The notes beneath the pieces were generated by a model. The model was not told the DNA's origin. It made no database searches and saw nothing but the letters and a program-made list of their open reading frames with translations. A stretch of DNA of 64,000 nucleotides from Pristiophorus japonicus (lineage: Eukaryota): positions 129,022,001 through 129,086,000 of the forward strand of contig NC_091980.1 of assembly GCF_044704955.1 (NCBI RefSeq), in the 5' to 3' direction. Below, piece after piece: positions 13,078-25,207 of the stretch (position 1 is its first letter; the number at the start of each line of letters is the position of its first letter). The position numbers were made by a program, and so were the translations under genes.

Positions 13078-16000
13078 AAACCGAGACTCCAGGATGGTAT
13101 GTTGCCTCCCTGGTGCAAGGGTCAAGGATGTCTCGGAGCGGGTGCAGGACATTCTAAAAAGGGAGGGAGAACAGCCAGTTGTCGTGGTGCACATTGGTAC
13201 CAACGACATAGGTAAAAATAGGGATGAGGTCCTACGAAACGAATTTAAGGAGCTAGGAGCTAAATTAAAAAGTAGGACCTCAAAAGTAGTAATGTCGGGA
13301 TTGCTACCAGTGCCACGTGATAGTCAGAGTAGGAATCGAAGGATAGCATAGATGAATACGTGGCTTGAGCAGTGGTGCAACAGGGAGGGATTCAAATTCC
13401 TGGGGCATTGGAACCGGTTCTGGGGGAGGTGGGACCAGTACAAACCGGACGGTCTGCACCTGGGCAGGACCGGAACCAATGTCCTAGGGGGAGTGTTTGC
13501 TAGTGCTGTTGGGGAGGATTTAAACTGATATGGCAGGGGGATGGGAACCAATGCAGGAAGACAGAGGGAAACAAAAAGGAGGCAAAAGCAAAAGACAGAA
13601 AGGAGATGAGGAAAAGTGGAGGGCAGAGAAACCCAAGGCAAAGAACAAAAAGGGCCACTGTACAGCAAAATTCTAAAAGGACAAAGGGTGTTAAAAGAAC
13701 AAGCCTGAAGGCTTTGTGTCTTAATGCAAGGAGTATCCGCAATAAAGTGGATGAATTAACTGTGCAAATAGATGTTAACAAATATGATGTGATTGGGATT
13801 ACGGAGATGTGGCTCCAGGATGATCAGGGCTGGGAACTCAGCATCCAGGGGTATTCAACATTCAGGAAAGATAGAATAAAAGGAAAAGGAGGTGGGGTAG
13901 CATTGCTGGTTAAGGAGCAAATTAAGGCAATAGTTCGGAAGTACATTAGCTTGGATGATGTGGAATCTATATGGGTAGAGCTGCAGAATACCAAAGGACA
14001 AAAAACGTTAGTGGGAGTTGTGTACAGACCTCCAAACAGTAGTAGTGATGTTGGGGAAGGCATCAAACATGAAATTAGGGGTGCGTGCAATAAAGGTGCA
14101 GCAGTTATAATGGGTGACTTTAATATGCACATAGATTGGGTTAACAAAACTGGAAGCAATACTGTAGAGGAGGATTTCCTGGAGTGCATAAGGGATGGTT
14201 TTTTAGACCAGTATGTCGAGGAACCAACTAGGGGGGAGGTCATCTTAGACTGGGTGTTGTGTAATGAGAGAGGATTAATTAGCAATCTCGTTGTGCGAGG
14301 CCCCTTGGGGAAGAGTGACCATAATATGGTGGAATTCTGCATTAGGATGGAGAATGAAACTGTTAATTCAGAGACCATGGTCCAGAACTTAAAGAAGGGT
14401 AACTTTGAAGGTATGAGGCGTGAATTGGCTAGGATAGATTGGCGAATGATACTTAAGGGGTTGACTGTGGATGGGCAATGGCAGACATTTAGAGACCGCA
14501 TGGATGAACTACAACAATTGTACATTCCTGTCTGTCGTAAAAATAAAAAAGGGAAGGTGGCTCAACCGTGGCTATCAAGGGAAATCAGGGATAGCATTAA
14601 AGCCAAGGAAGTGGCATATAAATTGGCCAGAAATAGCAGAGAACCCAGGGACTGGGAGAAATTTAGAACTCAGCAGAGGAGGACAAAGGGTTTGATTAGG
14701 GCAGGGAAAATAGAGTACGAGAAGAAGCTTGCAGGGAACATGAAGACGGATTGCAAAAGTTTCTATACATATGTAAAGAGAAAAAGGTTAGTAAAGACAA
14801 ACGTAGGTCCCCTGCAGTCAGAATCAGGGGAAGTCATAACGGGGAACAAAGAAATGGCGGACCAATTGAACAAGTACTTTGGTTCGGTATTCACTGAGGA
14901 GGACACAAACAACCTTCCGGATATAAAAAGGGGTCGGAGGGTCTAGTAAGGAAGAGGAACTGAGGGAAATCCTTATTAGTCGGGAAATTGTGTTGGGGAA
15001 ATTGATGGAATTGAAGGCCGATAAATCCCCAGGGTCTGATGGACTGCATCCCAGAGTACTTAAGGAGGTGGCCTTGGAAATAGTGGATGCATTGACAGTC
15101 ATTTTCCAACATTCCATTGACTCTGGATCAGTTCCTATGGAGTGGAGGGTAGCCAATGTAATCCCACTTTTTAAAAAAGGAGGGAGAGAGAAAACAGGGA
15201 ATTACAGACCGGTCAGCCTGACATCGGTAGTGGGTAAAATGATGGAATCAATTATTAAGGATGTCATAGCAGTGCATTTGGAAAGAGGTAATATGATAGG
15301 TCCAAGTCAGCATGGATTTGTGAAAGGGAAATCATGCTTGACAAATCTTCTGGAAACTTTTGAGGATGTTTCCAGTAGAGTGGACAAGGGAGAACCAGTT
15401 GATGTGGTATATTTGGACTTTCAGAAGGCTTTCGACAAGGTCCCACACAAGAGATTAATGTGCAAAGTTAAAGCACATGGGATTGGTGGTAGTGTGCTGA
15501 CATGGATTGAGAACTGGTTGTCAGACAGGAAGCAAAGAGTAGGAGTAAATGGGGACTTTTCAGAATGGCAGGCAGTGACAAGTGGGGTACCGCAAGGTTC
15601 TGTGCTGGGGCCCCAGCTGTTTACACTGTACATTAATGATTTAGACGAGGGGATTAAATGTAGTATCTCCAAATTTGCGGATGACACTAAGTTGGGTGGC
15701 AGTGTGAGCTGCAAGGAGGATTCTATGAGGCTGCAGAGCGACTTGGATAGGTTAGGTGAGTGGGCAAATGCATGGCAGATGAAGTATAATGTGGATAAAT
15801 GAGGTTATCCACTTTGGTGGTAAAAACAGAGAGACAGACTATTATCTGAATGGTGACAGATTGGGAAAAGGGCAGGTGCAAAGAGACCTGGGTGTCATGG
15901 TACATCAGTCATTGAAGGTTGGCATGCAGGTACAGCAGGCGGTTAAGAAAGCAAATGGCATGTTGGCCTTCATAGCGAGGTGATTTGAGTACAAGGGCAG

Positions 16001-16598
16001 GGAGGTGTTGCTACAATTGTACAGGGCCTTGGTGAGGCCACACCTGGAGTATTGTGTACAGTTTTGGTCTCCTAACCTGAGGAAGGACATTCTTGCTATT
16101 GAGGGAGTGCAGCGAAGGTTTACCAGACTGATTCCCGGGATGGCGGGACTGACCTATCAAGAAAGACTGGATCAATTGGGCTTGTATTCACTGGAGTTCA
16201 GATGAATGAGAGGGGACCTCATAGAAACGTTTAAAATTCTGACAGGGTTAGACAGGTTAGATGCAGGAAGAATGTTCCCAATGTTGGGGAAGTCCAGAAC
16301 CAGGGGACACAGTCTAAGGATAAGGGGGAAGCCATTTAGGACCGAGATGAGGAGGAATTTCTTCACCGAGAGTGGTGAACCTGTGGAATTCTCTACCACA
16401 GAAAGTTGTTGAGGCCAATTCACTAAATATATTCAAAAAGGAGTTAGATGAAACCCTTACTACTAGGGGAATCAAGGGGTATGGTGAGAAAGCAGGAATG
16501 GGGTACTGAAGTTGCATGTTCAGCCATGAACTCATTGAATGGCGGTGCAGGCTAGAAGGGCCAAATGGCCTACTCCTGCACCTATTTTCTATGTTTCT
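13078..16598 (+). mobile_element. Young CR1 LINE (partial ORF1 esterase + ORF2)
   Basis: ORF2 pieces of 446 aa and 270 aa, FADD motif, TTTCTATG tail. Inserted in the ferritin-X 3' flank; the site is empty at ~41118. Confidence 0.95.
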
Positions 16599-16774
16599 AA
16601 GTTATTTTAATTGAAAAATAAGCAACCACTCAAACTTACAAGGAGACAAAACCCAGTCCAATGTTGAACAGTTTATTTATACAAAGTCACAAGCCATCAT
16701 TCCCTACATGCCTGGCGGAGGGTCCCCCAATTATATCAATACAAGTACGAAACACTAAGCTTAATCCAGTCAGT

Positions 16775-16906
16775 TTAGTCACTCTCGCCCAGGATGTGTT
16801 TGTCAAACAGGTACTCGCCCATCCCATTCTCAGGGGCTCCCAATCTCTTCAAGAAGCTTGGAGATCACATCACCAACTTGATCATTTTCATTTGTTCTTC
16901 CAGATA
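16775..16906 (-). pseudogene. Orphan ferritin exon-4 remnant (slot X, unit 1) with internal micro-inversion
   Basis: Minus strand reads YLEEQMKMI-[inverted [10 protein letters not shown]][24 protein letters not shown]. The 3' flank (16600-16770) matches the slot-X 3' flank at 41125-41315. AATAAA at 16672-16677. Confidence 0.88.
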
Positions 16907-17309
16907 AAATCTTAGAATAGTACAGCATAGGAGACAATTTGGCCCATCGAGTCTGCACTGGTTCTTTCGAAGAGCAATCCGGTTAGTCCCACTCCCCCGC
17001 GCTTTTCCCATATCACTGATTTTTTTTCTCCTTTAGTATTTATCCATATCCACACTGAAGGCTATTATTGAATCTGTATCCACCATCCTATCAGGCCGTG
17101 CATTCCAGATCATAAACATTTGTTATGCAAAAAGGTTTTCCCTCATGTCACCTCTGGTTCTTTTGCCAATCACCTTAAATCTGCACACTCTGGTTATCGA
17201 CCCTTCGACCATTGGAACAGTTTCTCTATCTCAATCCTTCATGATTTTAAACACCTCTATCAAATCTCCTCTTAGCCTTCTCTGCTCTCAGGAGAATATC
17301 ACAAAAATG

Positions 17310-18972
17310 ATCATCATCATCATAGGTAGTCCCTCAGAAGTGAGGAAGACTTGCTTCCATTCTAAAAATGAGTCCTTAGGTGGCTGAACAATTCAATAAG
17401 AGAACCACAGTCCCTGTCACAGGTGGGACAGACAGTCGTTAAAGGAAAGGGATGGTGAGACAAGTTTGCTGCATGCTTTTTCCGCTGCCTGACGTGATTT
17501 CTGCATGCTCTCAGCGATGAGACTCGAGGTGCTCAGCGCCCTCCCAGATGCATTTTCTCCACAAGGCAGTCTTTGGTCAGGCTGTCCCAGGTGTTGGTGT
17601 GGATGTTGCAGTTTATCAGGGAGGCTTTGAGGGTGTCCTTGTAATGTTTCCTTTGCCCACCTTTGGCTTGCTTGCCGTGAAGGAGTTCCGAGTAGAGCGC
17701 TTGCTTTGGGAGCCTCGTGTCTTGCATGCAAACGATGTGGCCGGCCCACCGGAGCTGATCAAGTGTGGTCAGTGCTTCAATGCTGGGGATGTTGGCCTGG
17801 TTGATGACCCTAATGTTGGTGCTTCTGTCCTCCCAGGAGATTTGTAGGATCTTGTGGAGACATCGTTGGTAGTACTTCTCCAGCGACTTGAGGTTTCTAC
17901 TGTACATGGTCAATGTCTCTGAGCCATGCAGGAGGGTGGGTAATACTACAGCCCTGTAGACCATGAGCTTGTTGGTGGATTTGAGGGCCTAGTCTTCAAA
18001 CACTTTTCCTCAAGCAGCCAAGGCTGTGCTGGCGCACTGGAGGCGGTGTTGAATCTCGTCATTAATGTCTGCTCTTGTTGATAAGAGGCTCCAGAGGTAT
18101 GGGAAATGGTCCACGTTGTCCAGGGCCACGCCATGGATCTTGATATTCAAAAAGGAGTTAGATGAGGTCCTTACTGCTAGGGGGATCAAGGGGTATGGCG
18201 AGAAAGCAGGAATGGGGTACTGAAGTTGAATGTTCAGCCATGAACTCATTGAATGGCGGTGCAGGCTAGAAGGGCAGAATGGCCTACTCCTGCACCTATT
18301 TTCTATGTTTCTATGATGATTGGGGACGAGGAGGGTGCACTGTGCGGTGAGGACAGGCTGATGGAGGACCTTTGTCTTACGGATGTTTAGCGTAAGGCTT
18401 ATGCTTTCGTACGCCTCAGTAAATACATTGACTATGACTTGGAGTTCAGCCTCTGTATGTGTGCAGATGCAGGTGTCGTCCGTGTATTGTAGCTCGACAA
18501 GAGACGTTGGGATGGTCTTGGACCTGGCCTGGAGTCGAATAAGGTTGAACAGGTTCCTACTGGTTCTGTAGTTTCGTACCACTCCAGCGGGGAGCTTGTT
18601 GATTGTGAGGTGGAGCATGGCAGCGAGGAAGATTGAGAAGACGGTTGGGGCAATGGCACAGCCCTGTTTGACCCCAGTCCAGACATGGATCATGTCTGTA
18701 ATGATGCCATTGGTAAGGATCATGGCCTGCATGTCGTCGCGGAGCAGGCGGAGGATGGTGACGATTTTTTGGGGGCATCCGAAATGGAGGAGGATGCTCC
18801 ATCGACCCTCGTGGTTGACAGTGTCAAAAGCCTTTGCAAGGTCGAAGAAGGCCATGTATAAGGGCTGGTGCTGTTCCCTGCATTTTTCCTGCAGCTGTCA
18901 CGCTCTAAAAATCATTTCCGTTGTGCCTCATTCGGGGACGAAATCCACACTGTGACTCCGGGAGGAGCTCCT
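17310..18972 (-). mobile_element. RTE LINE, 5'-truncated
   Basis: FFDLAKAFD, GVKQGC, LQYTDD and QLRWAGH motifs; (TGA)n tail at 17310. Confidence 0.9.
18143..18315 (+). mobile_element. Short CR1 3' end nested in RTE
   Basis: GIKGYGEKAG followed by 3' UTR and TTTCTATG tail. Confidence 0.85.
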
Positions 18973-20255
18973 CAAAAGGGATATAGAGGCACTGGAAAAG
19001 CTGCAAAAATGATTTACCAAGATCATAGCAGATCTGAGAGGTTATATCTATCTATCATAGATGCATTTAAGGAGAAGTTAGGAAACACATGAGGGAGAAA
19101 GGAATAGAAGGATATTCGGATGGGTTGAGATGAGGAGGGGTGGGAGGAGCTCGTGCGGAGCATAAACACCGGCACGGACCCATTGGGCCAAATGGCCTTT
19201 TTTTTATGCTGTAAATTCTATGTAATTCTTAAATCATGGACGCCTGCAAATTCTTTCACAACGAGTGTGCTGAAGACTCTTGTGCGCAACGTGAAGCTGT
19301 CGAACACATCAGCAGTAAACCCAACCCGACTGGTAAAATTGCAGCTCATCAACGTGTGAAATGTGGTGACATGGAAACCCCACAAATGCCTTGGAAAGAT
19401 GCAAAGACATTAACGTAGAATACCTGAAGACAGCAATTTAATTGCACGCACTGCAGTTCTCAGCTAAGTTCCATAAATTAACCTGTAAATACTGGATTAT
19501 TGCTAGCGGCAGCATTATCAACATTTGAATCCATTCGTGAGAAGGAGACAAATGGGAATCCAGTAGGATTTGTGAAGGACAATTGCTATTTGGTATGAAA
19601 AGCACAATGGGCCTGAATACCAATCAATACAGTTCTGGAGGAACTGCTGGTGTTGGGTTCATACACTAATGGAACAGGCCGGTGGGGGTGGTGGGGCGGA
19701 GTAGGGGGGAACACAGGGAGAAAAAGATATTTTTGGGACGAGTATATTTAATTTGGGTGTTTGGAGTAGTGCATTTAATAAAGTACATTTACTCCGGCCA
19801 GATAGATATTTTGTTGGAGTACAGTTCCACACACATTCCTTACTCATGCAAGTGTCTAGATAGAGAATGAGGGCAGGATAGACAACCATGAATTAGAGGG
19901 ACAGGGAGGGGTGTCAAAACCAATCTCAATAGGGTATCCACACTTCCCCAATAAGAGATCTTTTGAATTCTTGACCCTGAACCTTTGATTATAATTAAGG
20001 CTGGGATTGTTAGCATTTTGTAGTCTTAAGGAAACAATGGATATGAAGATCAGGCAGGAAAGTGGAGTCAAGATTGAAGATCAATTATGATCTTATTGCA
20101 TGTCAGAGCTGGTTCGAGGGGCTGTATCCTGCTCCTGAATCTTACATGGAGAGCAAGCCACTGACAATTGTTGATTCTCCTCGACCCTGCCCCCTGCATC
20201 AGTTCAGTTAGCTCAGACATTGCTGGTCTGTCCAACACTTATTTGCTTCTCAGCT

Positions 20256-20679
20256 AACATAGAAACATAGAAAATAGGTGCAGGAGTAGGCCATTCGACC
20301 CTTCTAGCCTGCACCGCCATTCAATGAGTTCATGGCTGAATATTCAACTTCAGTACCCCATTCCTGCTTTCTCGCCATACCCCTTGATCCCCCTAGTAGT
20401 AAGGACCTCATCTAACTCCTTTTTGAATATATTTAGTGAATTGGCCTCAACAACTTTCTGTGGTAGAGAATTCCACAGGTTCACCACTCTCTGGGTGAAG
20501 AAGTTCCTCCGCATCTCGGTCCTAAATGGCTTACCCCTTATCCTTAGACTGTGACCTCTGGTTCTGGACTTCCCCAACATTGGGAACATTCTTCCTGCAT
20601 CTAACCTGTCTAACCCAGTCAGAATTTTAAATGTTTCTATGAGGTCCCCTCTCATTCTTCTGAACTCCAGTGAATACAA
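20256..20679 (-). mobile_element. CR1 3' fragment inserted in ferritin intron 3
   Basis: LYSLEFRRMRGDLIE...GMGY*, catagaaa tail repeats. Confidence 0.92.
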
Positions 20680-21444
20680 CTTACCCAGAACCCCATATGA
20701 GGAACTTACTTGAGGGTCAGTGCTCCCAGTGGAGAGTTTGTGCAGATCCAGCAGACTCTGGTTGACATTCTTCTCCATCTGCAGAGCTCTCTGCATCACC
20801 TCCAGACCATTGCTCCACTTGTCCTGCTCAGGTTTCTGAAGAGGAAAGTCACAGTTCCTTCACAATGGATTAATTAAAAATAATTGAAGGAATTAGGGAT
20901 GAAAAATGCAAAAATGAAAATCAGAATCTAGGATGCCATGAACCAATGTGTTAGAATATAGAATTAATGCATTAAGCCATCAACCACTGGAGTTAAATTT
21001 GATGAGATGAATAGCATCGATGTATTTAAGGGGAAGCTAAATAAGTACACGAGTGAAAAAGGGATAGAAGGAGGATATGTTGCTGGATAAAGCAAGTTGG
21101 GAGTAGATGTCTGCAGCCTGATCACCAGCATAGACCAGTGTCCAAATGGTTGGTTTATGGTGTAAATTGGAACCAACTGCTTTTGAATGTATTGGGAGCC
21201 ATACAGAACACCTGTTTAAGCCAAACCTTGATGTCCGCCAAGATGATTCAGCCTCCACGCCGATTCTGGAATTCCATCAGTTTCTCAGCAGGCTCACGTT
21301 CCTCATGTGACTGCTCCTTGAAGAACTCAGCAAAGTGACGCAGGGCAACATCATCCAGGTCAAAGTAGAAGGACTGCGGAGGGATCAGAAGAGTATTGGG
21401 CATCACATGACAGATCCACTATTGTGGTTATTGTGCATAAAGCC

Positions 21445-21653
21445 TGTTATGTATTTAACCCCTTCTAACCTGTATTAGACCACCACCACCATCACACCTA
21501 CCTGTTGGAATCCCAAGAGATCCAACATCCTTTGGGAGCATGGTGTATATAAGCAGGCCTACCATGAGGTACCTGCACTCTGGAGTCTTATAAAGGAGTT
21601 GACGTCACACTTGCTCATTGTACTCAGATTCATCCTTTATTTTGAATGTACCA
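21445..21653 (+). mobile_element. Solo LTR in ferritin pseudogene intron 1
   Basis: TG...CA ends, TATATAA motif, imperfect flanking duplication. Absent from the paralogous intron (~50248). Same family as 54810-55021. Confidence 0.7.
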
Positions 21654-22539
21654 GAACCAAACTCAATTTTGCTTCCTGCTAAAGGGGTCACAGTCTCCCT
21701 GTATTTCCATGTATAATGTTACACATGCTAGCACCAGCCTACTGGCTTCACTAATGTGGTAGAGTGGAAAACCCCCTAGCAATAGAGAAGCTGGCTAATG
21801 GAAAATCACAGGTTATTGGACCGCATCCTCTTGCCATAGGCAAGAAGGACATTTTTTTTTAAAATAAGTGCATGGCCTACTTGAAAGGATGGTGGAAGTA
21901 AATTAAATGGCAACAGTCAGAGACATAATACAGACCTTTTGCAGGGCTATGAAATGGAGCAGGGGAGAAGGACTAGTTGGATAGCTCCACCTAACAGCCA
22001 GCACTGGCCCAATGGCGACCTTCAGTGCTGTCTCATCCCATGGTTACCAATTCAGCTTGGATAGAACATGCTCAAAACTACAACCTTAATCAATTTTAAG
22101 TTTAGAAATTAGAAAGATTACTACTCACAGTACCACTTCAATCATGGTTTATTGACCCAGATCTATTCTGTACAGGCTAGCCAAGGGATACTACTGGAAC
22201 GAGAAGCAAATCCCTTAAAGTAGGAGATCTAGTCACAGTGCACAATTCACATAGTACATCTGGCCCAAGTGTTACTGGCTACATTCATCCCATGGAACCA
22301 AAACTAAGCAGCATTCATTTGGCACCTTCAACACTAATCAAGGCATTTCAGCAGACAACCAGATACCACCCCTCAGAGTTTGAGGTCATCGGTGAAGGTC
22401 AAGGTGGAGAAGCAGAGGGGTTAGGGGAGAGTTCCAGAGTAGGGAGGGGAGAAATGGCTGAAGGTTTTATCACCAATAAAGCAAAGGGAGTTAGATTAAA
22501 GACAGAAGGGCAAAAACTGGTATGTAAAGCTGGAGTTCA

Positions 22540-23245
22540 AGAACATTAGGAACAGGAGTAGGCCATTCAGCCCCGCAAGCCTGTTCCACCATTCAATATG
22601 GTCAGATCTGCAGCTCAACTCCATTTATCCAGTAAGTAATTAGGAAAGCAAATGTTACATTGGACTCTAATTCCTTCATAACAGAAGCTAAGAGTAAAGA
22701 AGTCTTGCTACAATTATACAGGGCATTGGTGAGGATTACCTGGAGTATTGTATACAATTCTGGTCTCCTCACCAAACGAAGGAGATACTTGCCTTAGGAA
22801 GTAGAACAAAGGTTTACTAGACTGGTTCCTGGAATGAGGGGATTTCACTATGTCGAGAGATTCAGTAGACTAGGCGAGTATGCCACAGACTTTAGTAAAA
22901 TGAGGTGCAAATCCAATTGAAACAGCATTCTTAAGGGGCTTTACAGGAATAATGCAGAGAAAATCTTAACCGGAACTGGGGAAATCTAGTACAGGGGGGT
23001 TACAGTCTGAGAATAAGGGGTTGGCCATTAAAGACTGAGAGGAGTTGAAATTTATTCACTCAGAGGGTGATGAATTTATGGAATTCTCTACCCCAGAGAG
23101 CTGAGGATGCCCAGTTGTTGAGTATATTCAAGACAGATTGATATACTTTGGGGAAATAAAGAAATTATAGGATATGGGGAGAGTGCAGAAGGTGGAATTG
23201 AGGGAGAAGTTCAGCCAAATGGCCTACTCCTATTGCTTATGTTCT
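22540..23245 (+). mobile_element. Old CR1 3' fragments in slot-Y intron 1
   Basis: Decayed RPHLEY and VNLWNSLP-type sequence; shared with 51160-51845. Confidence 0.7.
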
Positions 23246-24149
23246 AATCCCTTGATACCCTTACCCAACAAAAAACTTGCCCAAGCAACCACAGCCTTAG
23301 GTGGTTAGAATGTGGGAAGCAGGGAGAGAGAATATGTTCCAGACTTCCACCACACATGAAAAATTGCTTCTCAACTTCTCTCATAAATGGTCTATTTCTA
23401 ATTTGAAGACTGAATCCCCTCATTACAAAAAGCAAGGTAAGGAAAGGCCATGGAGTGATTTAGAAATGAAGGTTAGGAATCCTGAATGCCATGCATTGAA
23501 TGCAAAGTGTATTCCAAACAAACTTCAACAACAAGCTCACAAAGGCCCAGGAAAGAGTCATTAAGATTCACCAACTATGGCTCAGGTACTGCATGGAACA
23601 TAAAGGCAGTTTGTTAAAGAATACACAAGGTGATTACTTCTATTATAGTATAACTTTAACAAATTAATTCACTGTGCATCAAGTGAGGGGTGGGCTGGAT
23701 ACAATACAGAATCTAGTAACTTCACATTGCACAGGTCCCATTGTGAAGTGCTCAGAAATACATGACTCACCATGGAGAGATAAACATAGGAGGAACAGAG
23801 CTCCATGTTGACCTGCTGGTTGACAGCAGCCTCACAGTCCTTGTGATAGTTCTGACACACTTGAGAAGCCATTCTAATTTGCTTTTCCAAAAATCTAAGA
23901 CTTGTTGAAGCACAAAGCTAAAAGTTGGTTAACACCAAACTGCTGGATAATGCAGGGCGCGACAGCCTAGCTGTGAATGACATTCCTCAATACCCAATCA
24001 CAAGTTGCAGCCTCTGTCAGAGCACCAATCAAGGAAAGGGAGGCGGGGCCATGACTCCCAGAGCCAGTCATGAACTTTGAAGAATGAACATCATTGGCTG
24101 ACTCTTCTTTTTGCCGGTGGCAATTGTCAATTTAACTTCAAGTCTGGGC

Positions 24150-24420
24150 CCCCTTTTTAAAGGGGCACAACCAATAAAGACTGCAACAAAAGATGTGAAA
24201 GGAAACTTAACAAATTAACTTAAAATTCTATACCCGGGATGATGATGCACTCCAGCTCCTCCTCTCACGGAAGGCCGCAAGCGTGACGATGGACACCGCA
24301 TGCTCCGTCTCCAGGGACACCCGGGCACGAACTTAGCCACGGAAGAGAGGCGGGCAGTCGGCCCGAACGACTACCTCGAACGCCTGCTGCCCGGCCCTGT
24401 TGCCGGCCCCCTTGCCCAGG
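24150..24420 (-). mobile_element. Tx1-like non-LTR retrotransposon 3' end
   Basis: Minus translation ...RARVSLETEHAVS..TLAAFRE..., resembling the Tx1-type ORF2 C-terminus. Confidence 0.65.
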
Positions 24421-25207
24421 TTAATTGAATCTTCCATTGTTTGCGAGTCAGTGCCTTTTTAATAGTTCTGTTCGGTTCAGTGGGTTGGTCATTTTCAGGT
24501 ATGTGTGGATGCAACATTCAAAGGCAGACCAGTGAGTCTGCAAAGCAACCGACAGCGGGTCAGGTGACTGGACAGTGAGTGTGAGGAATGTGACAAGTGC
24601 AAGTGCTCAGATACTCCATCACTTCCAAGTTTAGTGAGCACCTGTACACACAGGAGCTAGAATGTGGTGCGGACTGTGGGATTTTGAGTTCTTGTTATGT
24701 TACCATGACATTTTACAAGCAATGGAATGGACTGCAGTCCAAAAAGAAAGAAAGACTTCTATCCAAATATCTCCTTGCACCTGGACTTCATTGTGGCAGC
24801 CTTGGGAACGCTTATCCTCTCAGGAAGAAGAAAGAATTACATTTGTACAGCTCTTTTCACAGCCTCAGGATGCCCCAAAGCTATTTACAGCTAATGAAGT
24901 ACTTTTTGAAGTGTAGTCAGTGTTGTAATGTAGGAAATTACAACACTCTGTGCGGCAGACAATTTGTGCACAGCAAACTCCCGCAAACAGCAATGTGATA
25001 ATGACCAGGTAAGCTGTTTTAGTTGAGGGATAAATATTGTCAAGGACAGCGGAGTGAATTACCTTGAGATCTTGAGAAATAGAAACCTGAGATCTTTTAC
25101 TTCTACCGAAGCGAGCAGACAGTTTGCTGTTTCATCGGCATGACGGCACCTCCAACAGTACAGCACTCCCTCAGTACTGCTCCTCTGACAGTGCAACACT
25201 CCCTCAG

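Larger units (their letters stand above)
20710..23872 (-). pseudogene. Ferritin pseudogene (slot Y, unit 1): exons 1-3 only
   Basis: Exons 23771-23872, 21227-21373 and 20710-20835. In-frame TGA at 21248-21250 (Arg CGA in the slot-Y paralog). Ferroxidase His changed to Pro (EEREPAEKL). Exon 4 is replaced by a CR1 fragment and the TATA box is deleted. Confidence 0.9.

Noticed and set aside
13824-14525. Long antisense ORFs over CR1/RTE (e.g. 233 aa)
   Set aside because: Shadow frames of retroelement ORF2 with no independent protein features.
21248-21250. Same in-frame TGA in exon 2 of two ferritin copies (also 42215-42217): possible selenocysteine or readthrough
   Set aside because: It aligns to Arg CGA/CGG, a CpG deamination hotspot, not to Cys. 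Both copies carry other disabling lesions, and no SECIS is evident.
16775-23872. Single ferritin gene using the 16.8 kb exon as its exon 4
   Set aside because: The remnant lacks its splice acceptor and 5' part, and its flank matches slot X. The intervening DNA corresponds to the X-Y intergenic region.
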